Assembly: GCA_963665255.1 (NCBI GenBank)
Contig: OY762210.1
Location: 2,366,929-2,430,928 of the forward strand
Direction of reading: 5' to 3'
Source of the DNA: Dehalococcoidia bacterium
GTDB lineage: Bacteria > Chloroflexota > Dehalococcoidia > Lucifugimonadales > UBA1123
DNA length: 64,000 bases
Shown: in pieces, positions 9,166-18,467 of the stretch
Position numbering within the stretch: the first letter of the stretch is position 1
Layout of the letters: each line of letters opens with the position of its first letter
Notes under the pieces: model-generated
Seen by the model: only the letters and a program-made list of their open reading frames with translations
Databases searched by the model: none
Told to the model about the DNA's origin: nothing
Translations under genes and position numbers: made by a program

Positions 9166-10236
9166 GTGTTCCATGCAATGACCAGAAGACTCCTCTTAGC
9201 AATCAGCGCAGCACTCGTGCTCCTTTCGTGCTCGCAGGCTGCCGACCTGATACCTGCTCCAACTCGTACAGCCGCACCACCTCCCGAACTCCCGGCAGCC
9301 ACCGCGGTTCCGGCTACTGCCGTTCCCGTAGAACCTGCCGCATCGGCAATCATCCTACGGATTGAGGTCGCGGAATGGAGTGACGACATCCCCAGGTACG
9401 ACCGCGGTCAGTGGCGGCACTGGACAGACGAGGACCGCGATTGCCAGGACGCCAGGCAGGAGACTCTGATAGCTGAGTCCACAATCGAAGTCACCTACAC
9501 TGACGAGCGCCGGTGCCGGGTGCAGTCTGGGCATTGGGTCGGGCCCTACACGGGCACCGAAGTGACCGACCCAGGCGACCTTGACGTCGACCACATGGTG
9601 CCACTCGCGAACGCGCACAGGGCTGGCGGCTGGGGCTGGTCTGAGGAGAAGAAGGAAGACTACGCTAATCACCTTGCGTATCCTGGTCACCTCATTGCGA
9701 CCACAGCCCGGGCCAATCGAGCTAAAGGAGCCAAAGGCCCGGAGGAGTGGCGTCCCCCCGACGAAAACTACTGGTGCCAGTACGCGCTGGACTGGATCGA
9801 GATCAAGCGTGCGTGGAAACTAACTGCCACGAAAGAGGAGTTCAATGCGCTCCGAGAGATGGCTGGCACCTGTGAGACCACCGTCTTCATCCAACAGGAA
9901 GGTACTGATAGCCAGCCTGAGCCGGCAGCCACGTTAGAAGCGCCAACGCCAGTGCCAGCAGAGGCAGTACCCACGCCCGCTGAGAACCCTGCTGTCACAC
10001 CACCGACCTTCACACCAGTCGTTGCCACACCCACGTACACTCCCGAGCCGACCCCGATTCCTCAGCCCATCCCCACTGCCCGACCAAGCTTCGATGACCG
10101 GAACTGCTCGGATTTCGATAGCTGGTCCGAGGCCCAGGACTTCTACCTGGCCGCCGGTGGTCCCAACGAAGACCCGCACAGACTGGACAGGAACTCCGAC
10201 GGGGTAGCTTGTGAGTCGCTACCTGGCGCTCCTTAA
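9166..10236 (+). CDS. secreted lipoprotein with HNH/DUF1524-type nuclease domain and C-terminal Excalibur Ca-binding domain
   Basis: Signal peptide with lipobox (LVLLSC). DUF1524-like core DVDHMVPLANAHRAGG...ANRAKG. Pro/Thr-rich linker. Excalibur motif NCSDFDSWSEAQDFY...DRNSDGVACE. Confidence 0.65.
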   Translation: MFHAMTRRLLLAISAALVLLSCSQAADLIPAPTRTAAPPPELPAATAVPATAVPVEPAASAIILRIEVAEWSDDIPRYDRGQWRHWTDEDRDCQDARQETLIAESTIEVTYTDERRCRVQSGHWVGPYTGTEVTDPGDLDVDHMVPLANAHRAGGWGWSEEKKEDYANHLAYPGHLIATTARANRAKGAKGPEEWRPPDENYWCQYALDWIEIKRAWKLTATKEEFNALREMAGTCETTVFIQQEGTDSQPEPAATLEAPTPVPAEAVPTPAENPAVTPPTFTPVVATPTYTPEPTPIPQPIPTARPSFDDRNCSDFDSWSEAQDFYLAAGGPNEDPHRLDRNSDGVACESLPGAP

Positions 10237-10291
10237 CTTAGTATTGTTTCTGACCAACAACCTTCAAGAACGAAGTGAAAGGACGAGCGCG

Positions 10292-11479
10292 GTGAAAGTC
10301 TCTGCCATCAAACCCTATTCGGTACAGGGCGACGGGGGGCGCGGCTACTTTATTGTAAAAGTTGAAACTGACGAGGGTATCTACGGACTTGGCGAGGTGG
10401 GAATCAGGAACTGGGGAGGCGCAATCACCCAGGCCATCGAGCACCTATCGCAGGTCGTGATCGGCCAGGATCCCTGGAGCACTGAGAGACTCTGGCAGCA
10501 GATGTTCAGGGGCGGCTTCTTCCCGGCAGACAAGGTGTACTGCTGCGCCATCAGCGCAATCGACATTGCGCTCTGGGACATCAAGGGCAAGTCGGTTGGG
10601 ATGCCAGTATACAAGCTACTCGGCGGACCAGTGCGAGACAAGGTCGTCTGCTATCCGCATACGCAGGGCCGCACGAACGAAGAGCTTGTAGAGAACTCCG
10701 TGCAGGCAGTTAAGGACGGCTGGAAATTCGTCCGGTGGGGTCAGCCAGAAACAGGGGGCACATTCGAGTATCGCGACGACAGCGACCCTCTCGGCAATCC
10801 CAGCATCCTTGAGCCCACAGAGTCCATTCGTCTCGCCGTGGAACAGATGGCAATGGTTAGGGAGGCAGTCGGTCCGGACATCCAGCTATGCTTCGACGCA
10901 CACACTCGTCTGGACACAGCCCACATGGTTACGATGTGCCGCGCCCTCGAGCCGTACAATCCGTTCTTCATAGAAGACGCGCTCAGGTCCGAGAATCCCG
11001 CGAGCTACAGGACTCTGGCACGGCACGTATCGCTCCCGATCGCCGCGGGCGAGCAGTGGGCTTCCAAATGGTCCTTCAGAGAGGTCATCGAGGAGGAACT
11101 GATCAACTATGCTCGGATCGACCTCTGCATTGTCGGTGGGCTGACAGAAGCGTTGAAGATTACGCACTGGGCCGAGACGCACTACATCGACATCGTCCCA
11201 CACAATCCACTTGGCCCTGTGAGCGCGGCAGCCTGCGTCAACCTGTGCATGGCGTCTACCAACGTGGGCGTACAGGAGATGCCACAGCGTCCTGGCAGCT
11301 TCGCCACCGACCTGTTCCCCGTCCAGATCGAGTGGGCGGACGGGTACGCATGGACTCCGTCCGACAGGCCGGGCCTCGGCGTCGACTTTGACGAAGACTA
11401 CGCGAAGGCCCATCCTGCGCCGCTGAATGGATGGCCCCCACAGCTAAGAAGGAACGACGGAGCCTTCACCAACTGGTAG
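10292..11479 (+). CDS. enolase-superfamily enzyme, mandelate racemase subgroup (acid-sugar dehydratase-like, DgoD/ManD type)
   Basis: VETDEGIYGLGE and AISAIDIALWDIKGKSVGMPVYKLLGG motifs. GTG 10292 is preceded by AAAGGA. Track start 10211 would overlap the upstream gene. Confidence 0.85.
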   Translation: MKVSAIKPYSVQGDGGRGYFIVKVETDEGIYGLGEVGIRNWGGAITQAIEHLSQVVIGQDPWSTERLWQQMFRGGFFPADKVYCCAISAIDIALWDIKGKSVGMPVYKLLGGPVRDKVVCYPHTQGRTNEELVENSVQAVKDGWKFVRWGQPETGGTFEYRDDSDPLGNPSILEPTESIRLAVEQMAMVREAVGPDIQLCFDAHTRLDTAHMVTMCRALEPYNPFFIEDALRSENPASYRTLARHVSLPIAAGEQWASKWSFREVIEEELINYARIDLCIVGGLTEALKITHWAETHYIDIVPHNPLGPVSAAACVNLCMASTNVGVQEMPQRPGSFATDLFPVQIEWADGYAWTPSDRPGLGVDFDEDYAKAHPAPLNGWPPQLRRNDGAFTNW

Positions 11480-11513
11480 AGACCCGCCGCTCCTTGTCTA
11501 ATGTCTTCTGAGT

Positions 11514-13310
11514 TCAGTTGTACGAGATCACCCTGAATCCATTGGCGTCCGGCACCAACAGCACACTGGTTCCGGGCGCAGACGTGACTTGCTCAGAGAG
11601 AAGTTCGATCTGCTCGGCGCTCAGGGTCGGTACAAATGCGTCCGGGTCAGGCCAATTGACCTGCGTGACCCTGTAGCCCAGAGTGCTCTCGACTCTGGCT
11701 GCCAGGCCCTCGCCGCCCGCAGCTGTTAACAGCGTCACCGGCTTTGAGGCGGATGCTGCGACTGGCTCCGGCTCGTCCGGCTCAAGCTCTCTATCCTGCC
11801 GATATATGACCCAGTGGTACGGGATGACAAGCAGCGCCGTAAGAACTACTGCAAGGCCGGTAGAAAGGTCACTGAGCGTGTCGGCGGACAGCTCGGAGTC
11901 CAGCAGGTCCCTCAGGAAGAAGAACAGCGTAGAGCTGGCTCCACCAACAAGCGCCAGGAGTCCCAGGCACAGGACGCCCATGACATAGAGCTTCCTGGGA
12001 AGCGCGATGCGTTCCACCTCTGGGTTGGCAAAAGCCGGAAGCTGGACTCTGCGCCAGTGTGCCAACCACACGGGAATTCCGATCAGGTACAGGGTCAGTA
12101 TCAAGGCAAATCGTTCACGCCACTGCAAGGAAGTCACGACAGTAAGTGAAGCCGTGTCCGAAAGCAGCCTGAAGAAAGTGTCTAGCACAACGCCCGAAGC
12201 GAACGCGACAGTCAACAGGCCAATCGCCGCGATCAGGAGATCGTAACTCCTGTTTACGTGGAACGCCTCGTTCCCGGACGACTCGGATATCATCCGGCGT
12301 CTATGATACACCCACAGTGCGATTCCGACGGCTACAGTTGCGATTCCAGCGGGAAGATCTTCGAAGTGGTTCCCCGCCGATTCGCTCGCAGCCCCCAGGA
12401 ACCACGACAGCGGTGCGTAGATCGCGATTCCAGCGCCCACGAGGGACGCGATCGTTCCGCCCCCTATTGTGGCTACGAACAGGTAGATCCACCTGAGGAT
12501 CGAGCTTCTATCGTCCGAGGCGAATCTGAACCAGTGCCCCCACCAGATCAGTCCTCCAACAAGAGAGACTGAAAGCGCCGTCCGAGCAGTGTCTCCAAAG
12601 GGCCTCTCAGAGCCCGTCAAATCAGCTGAAAATGCCGCCGAGTAGCCCTCAGTTAGAACGAAGTAAACGAGGAATCCGATACCCGACGCCAGCATTGCAA
12701 TGCCGAGGGCGGACGCCAGGTATAGATACAGGCGACTGATCCCACGTGTAAGTAGATCAGATTCAGTACTTTCCTTTGACGCAGTCCACCAGTGGTATGC
12801 CCACACGGGAGACCATACGAGGACCGCTGCCCACGAAAACGCTGGGAAGTCACCAACCTGCAACACCCATTCGATCACCTTATATCCGTTGAACGCCAGG
12901 AAGCCCACGGAGACTCCCATGGAGACGTACAGATACAGCCGCCTGAGGATGGACCTGCGCTCGGATGGCTGCGCCTCAACCTTGTTTTGCACAAATCTCC
13001 AGTGAAAGCCCCAAAGCGGTAGCCCCACTATCGTCAGTGCCAGACCAGTTGCCAGCCGTGTAGTCGAATCCCTGATGACCGGACCGCCGAACAGTTCATC
13101 GAGCAGAGTCATCAGGACCATCGTGATCCCGCTGACAAGCAGCATCAGCGCAATGAAAGAGATCGAGTAGAAATAGAACCGACGGGGCGTGCCGATACCT
13201 ACATCGGGGCCGGATTCTGCTGCTCTCCTCCGCCAGACCAACACGCCATAGACGATCGCGCCTATGACAGCAAGTTGAATCAGAATTGGAACGATTATTA
13301 AGGGTGTCAT
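11514..13310 (-). CDS. polytopic membrane protein of unknown function with six internal TM-hairpin repeats and a soluble C-terminal domain
   Basis: 598 aa with about 13 hydrophobic helices. A unit recurs six times, starting R-x-x-Y (RRFYFY, RRLYLY, SRLYLY, RWIYLF, RSYDLL, RKLYVM) and ending W..HW (WGFHW, WAYHW, WGHW, WVYHR, LAHW, PYHW). The last ~90 aa are hydrophilic. Confidence 0.6.
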   Translation of the reverse strand: MTPLIIVPILIQLAVIGAIVYGVLVWRRRAAESGPDVGIGTPRRFYFYSISFIALMLLVSGITMVLMTLLDELFGGPVIRDSTTRLATGLALTIVGLPLWGFHWRFVQNKVEAQPSERRSILRRLYLYVSMGVSVGFLAFNGYKVIEWVLQVGDFPAFSWAAVLVWSPVWAYHWWTASKESTESDLLTRGISRLYLYLASALGIAMLASGIGFLVYFVLTEGYSAAFSADLTGSERPFGDTARTALSVSLVGGLIWWGHWFRFASDDRSSILRWIYLFVATIGGGTIASLVGAGIAIYAPLSWFLGAASESAGNHFEDLPAGIATVAVGIALWVYHRRRMISESSGNEAFHVNRSYDLLIAAIGLLTVAFASGVVLDTFFRLLSDTASLTVVTSLQWRERFALILTLYLIGIPVWLAHWRRVQLPAFANPEVERIALPRKLYVMGVLCLGLLALVGGASSTLFFFLRDLLDSELSADTLSDLSTGLAVVLTALLVIPYHWVIYRQDRELEPDEPEPVAASASKPVTLLTAAGGEGLAARVESTLGYRVTQVNWPDPDAFVPTLSAEQIELLSEQVTSAPGTSVLLVPDANGFRVISYN

Positions 13311-13379
13311 CTGTCTACACCGCCTCTCAGAATGCTGGGGAAGCCCCGGCCCGAACCGGTCACGTTTGTGGATTCGAAG

Positions 13380-13862
13380 TTAAGTACCTGGTGCGAAGTG
13401 CGAACTCACGCACTCGTCAGCTAGCCAATGGTGACCATTGATCCGCCACTCCCCTTCGAACTCGCGAACACCAAAGTTGTACGACCTTTCGTACTCGGAA
13501 GGGCCAAAGATGCCTCCTCCATTCGTACGAACGACATCAACAGTCAGGACAGTCGTTTGGCCAACGACTCTGGTTTCCTCCAGAGTAATCCTGGCTTCAG
13601 ACAGTCGGTCTAAATCCCTGCCGGCGTCCAGTGCGAACGCCTCAAAGGAGCAGTCTTCCTTCAGACTGGGAGACCACAGGGCCTCCGCCGCATCGAAGTC
13701 CTCGCTGGCGAGTGCCCTGACATACTGCTGGACCGCGAACTCCGGTGAACCCGGATCGAAGTCAGCTTCGCCCCTGGATACAGAAATAGCGACACTGGCG
13801 ATTAGGAGTAATCCCAAGAGCGTTCCGCCGCCTATGAGCCAGTAACGTTCCATCTCATTCAC
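13380..13862 (-). CDS. membrane-anchored hypothetical protein (possible NTF2/SnoaL-like ectodomain)
   Basis: 160 aa. N-terminal TM anchor (WLIGGGTLLGLLLIASVAI) followed by a ~125-aa domain. It lies 69 nt upstream of the repeat membrane protein on the same strand. Start is GTG 13862 or ATG 13853. Confidence 0.45.
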   Translation of the reverse strand: MNEMERYWLIGGGTLLGLLLIASVAISVSRGEADFDPGSPEFAVQQYVRALASEDFDAAEALWSPSLKEDCSFEAFALDAGRDLDRLSEARITLEETRVVGQTTVLTVDVVRTNGGGIFGPSEYERSYNFGVREFEGEWRINGHHWLADECVSSHFAPGT

Positions 13863-13989
13863 CTTTCGTTGGGATCCTTCACTCCGGGGCTCTTCAGTCC
13901 CTGTACACCAAGTGTAGGTAATCCGGAACCGCAGCCAAGGTCACAGCGTACCTGGAATGAAGGGTGTATAAGTACCTGGGATCTTCTGA

Positions 13990-14019
13990 TTGACACTATT
14001 TTGGAGCCGTTGTTACACT
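13990..14019 (+). promoter_or_regulatory. candidate sigma-70-type promoter of the nuo operon
   Basis: TTGACA (13990-13995), 18-nt spacer, then extended -10 TGtTACACT (14011-14019), about 37 nt upstream of nuoA. Confidence 0.5.
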
Positions 14020-14055
14020 TCGTGAGAGCCCTCAATCAGCCGATTGGAGTCCTTC

Positions 14056-14424
14056 ATGCCTGATGGCTACGACATCAACTGGATTGCTGTGTTGCTGGTG
14101 GCGGGAGTGGGCTTCGCCGCGATGGCAGCGCTTTTCGCCGTATCCTACATCGTCGCACCAAAGCGGAAGTCGGAAGCCAAGGACATCCCCTATGAGTGCG
14201 GAATCCCTCCCGCACCGTTCATGTGGTCGCAGATCCAGATCAGGTATTACGTTTTTGCTATCCTGTTTCTGATTTTTGACGTTGAGGCCGTGTTCCTCTT
14301 TCCGTGGGCATTGGTCTTTCTAACGACCATCCCCGCTGTCTTCTACGAAATGCTGATCTTCATCGGCATCCTGTTCTTCGGAGTCATCTACGGCTGGCGG
14401 AAAGGTGTATTGCAGTGGAGATGA
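14056..14424 (+). CDS. nuoA: NADH-quinone oxidoreductase subunit A
   Basis: 3-TM protein with PYECG and FDVE(A)VFLFPW signatures. ATG 14056 is preceded by GGAG. The track ORF starts at TTG 14044. Confidence 0.9.
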   Translation: MPDGYDINWIAVLLVAGVGFAAMAALFAVSYIVAPKRKSEAKDIPYECGIPPAPFMWSQIQIRYYVFAILFLIFDVEAVFLFPWALVFLTTIPAVFYEMLIFIGILFFGVIYGWRKGVLQWR

Positions 14425-14954
14425 ACTTGGGGCAAGGGTACGAGCCCGGAATGGGGAACTCTCCGGCTGAGAGCATCTTTAATCGTGCGCTTCCGAACGC
14501 GCTCACGGCGAAGTCGGACGAGCTCTTCGCACTCGCTCGCAAGAACTCTCTTTGGACACTCTCATTCGGCCTCGCCTGCTGCGCGATAGAGATGATGAGC
14601 ACACACATGTCTCACCACGATTTCGACCGCTTCGGCATCGTCACATGGCCGTCTCCGAGACAGGCAGACGTGATGATAGTCGCAGGCACTGTAGTAAAGA
14701 AGATGGCAGAGCCGATAAAGCTACTCTACGAACAGATGCCAGATCCAAAGTGGGTCATCGCCATGGGCAGCTGCGCCACCAACGGGGGCCCCTACTATCG
14801 GTCCTATTCAGTGGTAATGGGCGTCGACCATCTCATACCCGTCGACGTGTACGTGCCCGGATGCCCTCCCCGCCCGGAGGCGCTGATGCACGGCATCATG
14901 CAGCTCCAGGAAAAAATACAGATGGACGCCGGGCAGCGTGGCGAGACCTCCTAG
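14421..14954 (+). CDS. nuoB: NADH-quinone oxidoreductase subunit B
   Basis: Cluster N2 cysteine motifs [17 protein letters not shown] and PGCPP. ATG 14421 overlaps the nuoA stop (ATGA). Confidence 0.95.
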   Translation: MNLGQGYEPGMGNSPAESIFNRALPNALTAKSDELFALARKNSLWTLSFGLACCAIEMMSTHMSHHDFDRFGIVTWPSPRQADVMIVAGTVVKKMAEPIKLLYEQMPDPKWVIAMGSCATNGGPYYRSYSVVMGVDHLIPVDVYVPGCPPRPEALMHGIMQLQEKIQMDAGQRGETS

Positions 14955-14997
14955 GCGCGAGCCGACAATCCCGGAGGCCCCTGTTGCCCTCGATTCC

Positions 14998-15465
14998 ATG
15001 GGCGAGGCCCTGACGTCGACATTGGCGGAGGTATTCGGCCCGGAATGGGCTACTCAGATTGGCGCTGCCATCGACGAGGTGACCCTCACGGTCCCGGCTG
15101 ATCAGGTCGCAGGCGTGTGCATCACCTGCAAGACGGACCCCCGCTTAGACTTCAACTATCTGCGATGCCTGTCAGTTGTCGACTACGTGGAGGCGTCAGC
15201 CGAGTTCGAGGTCAACTACCACTTGTACTCCCTGGATAAGCGGCACAAGATGGTGATCAAGACCCGCTTACCAGAAGACAGTCCTGCTGTCCCGACCGTC
15301 ACAGGCATCTGGGCTGGGGCTAACTGGTACGAACGCGAGAGCCACGATCTCTTCGGAGTTGTCTTTGATGGACATCCCGACCTGGTCCCCCTGTTGCTCT
15401 ACGAGGAATTCGAGGGCTTCCCCGGGCGCAAGAGCTTCCCATTCCACGACTATGAAGAGTGGTGA
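14998..15465 (+). CDS. nuoC: NADH-quinone oxidoreductase subunit C
   Basis: 30-kDa subunit signature ANWYERESHDLFGVVFDGHPD. The start is uncertain: ATG 14998, or GTG 14938 as in the ORF track. Confidence 0.9.
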   Translation: MGEALTSTLAEVFGPEWATQIGAAIDEVTLTVPADQVAGVCITCKTDPRLDFNYLRCLSVVDYVEASAEFEVNYHLYSLDKRHKMVIKTRLPEDSPAVPTVTGIWAGANWYERESHDLFGVVFDGHPDLVPLLLYEEFEGFPGRKSFPFHDYEEW

Positions 15466-15517
15466 CCCAGCCCGCCACTGTTGCTTCACGCAGAGCCCGT
15501 TCTGCTAACTGAGGAAA

Positions 15518-16642
15518 ATGCAACTCCAGGAACAGCCCACACAGCAAGCCGACGCCATTGACCTGATGGTCAACATGGGGCCTCAGCACCCCTCCACGCA
15601 TGGGGTGTTTCGACTCGTGATATGGGTCGACGGCGAGAAGATCGTCCGGTCGGAGCCGCATATCGGCTACCTACACAGGGGATCGGAAAAGCTGTGCGAG
15701 GGTGAGCAGTACAGCCAGATCATCACTCTATTCGACAGGCTCGACTACGTCGGGAACCTGAACTGCGAGCTCGCCATCTGCATGGCCACCGAGAAGCTGA
15801 TGGGAATAGAGGTGCCCGAACGCGCCGAGTACATCCGGGTCATTCTCTGTGAGTTGAATCGCATAGCCAGCCATATGCTCTTCTACGGAGTGTACGGGCT
15901 CGACGCCGGGGCGATGACTCCCATCCTATATGGCTTCCGTGAGAGAGAGCGGGTACAGGCCCTGTTCGAAGCCGTCACAGGCGCACGCATGATGCACAAC
16001 TACATACGCATCGGCGGCGTCAATGAAGACCTGCCCGACGATTTCCAGCCCCGCATGGACACTCTGCTTGACCAACTTGAACGAGGTATCGAGGAGTGCG
16101 ACGATCTCCTTAGCCAAAACGAGATGTTCCTCGCCCGCACCAAGGGGATCGGCGCGATTTCAGCAGAGGAAGCGATCGATCTGGGAGTTACAGGACCGGC
16201 TCTCAGAGCGTGTGGCGTGCCTGAAGATGTCCGAATTTCCGAGCCTTACTCGATCTATGACCGGTTCGACTTCGGGATTCCGGTGGGCACCTATGGCGAC
16301 TGCTGGGACCGATACTATGTGCGCGTCGAGGAGATGCGTCAGTCGCTGAGCATCGTAAGACAGGCTATGAAGCAGCTTCCGGAGGGTGAGATCGCCGCCA
16401 ATGTCAGGCGGATCGCACGCCCTCCAAAAGGCGAGGTCTACCTGCGTACCGAGTCCCCAAGGGGCGACTTCGGAGTTTTCCTGGTCAGCGACGGCAGCGA
16501 CATGCCTTACAGGGTGAAGGTTCGAGCTCCGTCATTTTGCAACCTGCAGGCGCTCCAGGCGATGCTGCGTGACGCTTACATCGCAGACGCAGTTATAGTC
16601 CTCGGCTCGATTGACATCATTCTGGGTGAGGTCGACAGATGA
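15518..16642 (+). CDS. nuoD: NADH-quinone oxidoreductase subunit D
   Basis: 49-kDa subunit with NMGPQHPSTHGV and RAPSFCNLQAL motifs, 374 aa. Confidence 0.95.
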   Translation: MQLQEQPTQQADAIDLMVNMGPQHPSTHGVFRLVIWVDGEKIVRSEPHIGYLHRGSEKLCEGEQYSQIITLFDRLDYVGNLNCELAICMATEKLMGIEVPERAEYIRVILCELNRIASHMLFYGVYGLDAGAMTPILYGFRERERVQALFEAVTGARMMHNYIRIGGVNEDLPDDFQPRMDTLLDQLERGIEECDDLLSQNEMFLARTKGIGAISAEEAIDLGVTGPALRACGVPEDVRISEPYSIYDRFDFGIPVGTYGDCWDRYYVRVEEMRQSLSIVRQAMKQLPEGEIAANVRRIARPPKGEVYLRTESPRGDFGVFLVSDGSDMPYRVKVRAPSFCNLQALQAMLRDAYIADAVIVLGSIDIILGEVDR

Positions 16643-17781
16643 CCTTGCTTCAGGTCGTCTACTACACGCTTGGAGCGGCTGCCCTCTTCGGGTTCCTGTC
16701 GCTGGTGGTTCTCGTGCTGACCTGGGCCGAAAGAAAGGCTCTTGCGAGAATTCAGATGCGGATGGGGCCAATGCGAGTCGGTCTTCACGGGACACTCCAG
16801 CCAATTGCGGACGGCATCAAGTTATTCACGAAAGAGGACATTCTGCCGTCCTGGGCTGACCGACGAGTCTACTGGCTCGCTCCGGTGGCCGTCTTTGTGC
16901 CAGCCCTTCTCCTGTGGGTTACTCTGCCAATGGCGCGGGACCTCGTCCTGAGAAACCTGGAGCTGGGTCTCTTCTACATAACAGCCATCTCGGTACTGTC
17001 GGTAATGGGGCTGGTGATGGCCGGATGGGGATCCGCGAACAAGTACGCCATGATCGGCGGACTGCGAGCTGCCGGTCAGCTCGTGAGCTACGAGATCCCG
17101 TTCATCATGGCGATTGTCGCAGTGGCGATGCTTGCCCAGTCATTGGACATCACCAAGGTCGTGGACGCACAGGCCAACTTCGGTTACGCGCTGATTCAGC
17201 CTGTCGGGCTCTTCCTGTTTCTCACCGCCGGGCTCGCCGAGCTTGGCCGTACGCCTTTCGACATCCATCACGCCGAGTCGGAAGTCGTCGGTGGCCCTTT
17301 CGTCGAATACAGTGGCGCGCACTGGGCTGCCTTCTTCCTCGCCGAATACCTGAATACATTCACGGTCGCTGCGCTAACCGTCCTGCTGTTCCTGGGAGGA
17401 TGGAGGTGGCCGGCGATGCCGTTTGACGGGCTGGCTCACTCAACGCTGTCGCTCGCCTGGTTCCTGGTGAAGACAGCGCTCGTCATCTGGCTAATCTTCT
17501 GGATCAGGGGCACCTTCCCCAGGCTTCGCATCGACCAGCTCATGTCATTTGGTTGGAAGCTGCTGGTACCACTGTCGTTCCTGAACATCATTGCAACGGC
17601 CGTGGTGCTGTTCTATGGCTGGCCACTCTGGGGCCTGACCATCATCTCTCTGCTATTATTGGGCGGCACCGTCTATGTCATCTTCAAGAATCCGGGGACG
17701 GACATGCGGCGCGAAACCGTGAGCGTCATATCCGCGCGAGATCTAAGGCGTAACCCGACGGTCGACGCGGCAGACGCGTGA
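16639..17781 (+). CDS. nuoH: NADH-quinone oxidoreductase subunit H
   Basis: ND1 homologue, polytopic, with LQPIADGIKLF motif. Its ATG overlaps the nuoD stop (ATGA), so no nuoEFG lies between D and H. Confidence 0.95.
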   Translation: MTLLQVVYYTLGAAALFGFLSLVVLVLTWAERKALARIQMRMGPMRVGLHGTLQPIADGIKLFTKEDILPSWADRRVYWLAPVAVFVPALLLWVTLPMARDLVLRNLELGLFYITAISVLSVMGLVMAGWGSANKYAMIGGLRAAGQLVSYEIPFIMAIVAVAMLAQSLDITKVVDAQANFGYALIQPVGLFLFLTAGLAELGRTPFDIHHAESEVVGGPFVEYSGAHWAAFFLAEYLNTFTVAALTVLLFLGGWRWPAMPFDGLAHSTLSLAWFLVKTALVIWLIFWIRGTFPRLRIDQLMSFGWKLLVPLSFLNIIATAVVLFYGWPLWGLTIISLLLLGGTVYVIFKNPGTDMRRETVSVISARDLRRNPTVDAADA

Positions 17782-17813
17782 GTACTGAACCGTAGCAACT
17801 AGAGCATCGCTTA

Positions 17814-18467
17814 ATGGTTGGCTTTCTCGAAGGGCTTTTGGTAACGCTGAAAACAGCGTTCCGTAAGCCGGTAACACTCCAATATCCAGAGCCCGATAAG
17901 CGGCACCAGGTAGCCCAGAGGTACATGGGGTTCCCTGCACTGCTATGGGATGGTGACGTCCCTGAGCCGTACTGCACAGGCTGCATGGTCTGCGTTCGTG
18001 CGTGTCCGACACAGTGCATGAGCGCGCAGATGACGGACAATCCGAAGTTCGAATCTGAAGAGAGCCGCCGTCGCAAGATCATCGAGACCTTCGAGATAAA
18101 TCTCGGCAGGTGCATCCTGTGCGGCATCTGCGTCGATGTCTGCAACTTTGACGCCATCGAGATGAGCCACGAACACGAACTGAGCAAGTACCAGCGCAAC
18201 GGCAACCGAGTCGATCTCGATATGCTGCTGGACATGGGTCGCAATTATCAGGACGACACCGGTTGGCGTCCGACCAATCCCTCGAAGAACAGCGGCGTGC
18301 CGGTGAAGAAGGACGAGGGCAAGGGAACTCCGAGGCGACGCCCGGCAAGAGCCAGACCGGCCTCCCCGAGTACGGAGGAAGAGGAGACATCCTCCAACGT
18401 GGCAACGGCTATCGCGGAGCCTGAAGGAACAGATCCGTCCGGCCAGAACCCTGTCTCTGACTGCTGA
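17814..18467 (+). CDS. nuoI: NADH-quinone oxidoreductase subunit I with ~70-aa charged C-terminal extension
   Basis: Two ferredoxin-type motifs, CTGCMVCVRACP and CILCGICVDVC. The C-terminal tail is rich in K/R/P and then E. Confidence 0.92.
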   Translation: MVGFLEGLLVTLKTAFRKPVTLQYPEPDKRHQVAQRYMGFPALLWDGDVPEPYCTGCMVCVRACPTQCMSAQMTDNPKFESEESRRRKIIETFEINLGRCILCGICVDVCNFDAIEMSHEHELSKYQRNGNRVDLDMLLDMGRNYQDDTGWRPTNPSKNSGVPVKKDEGKGTPRRRPARARPASPSTEEEETSSNVATAIAEPEGTDPSGQNPVSDC

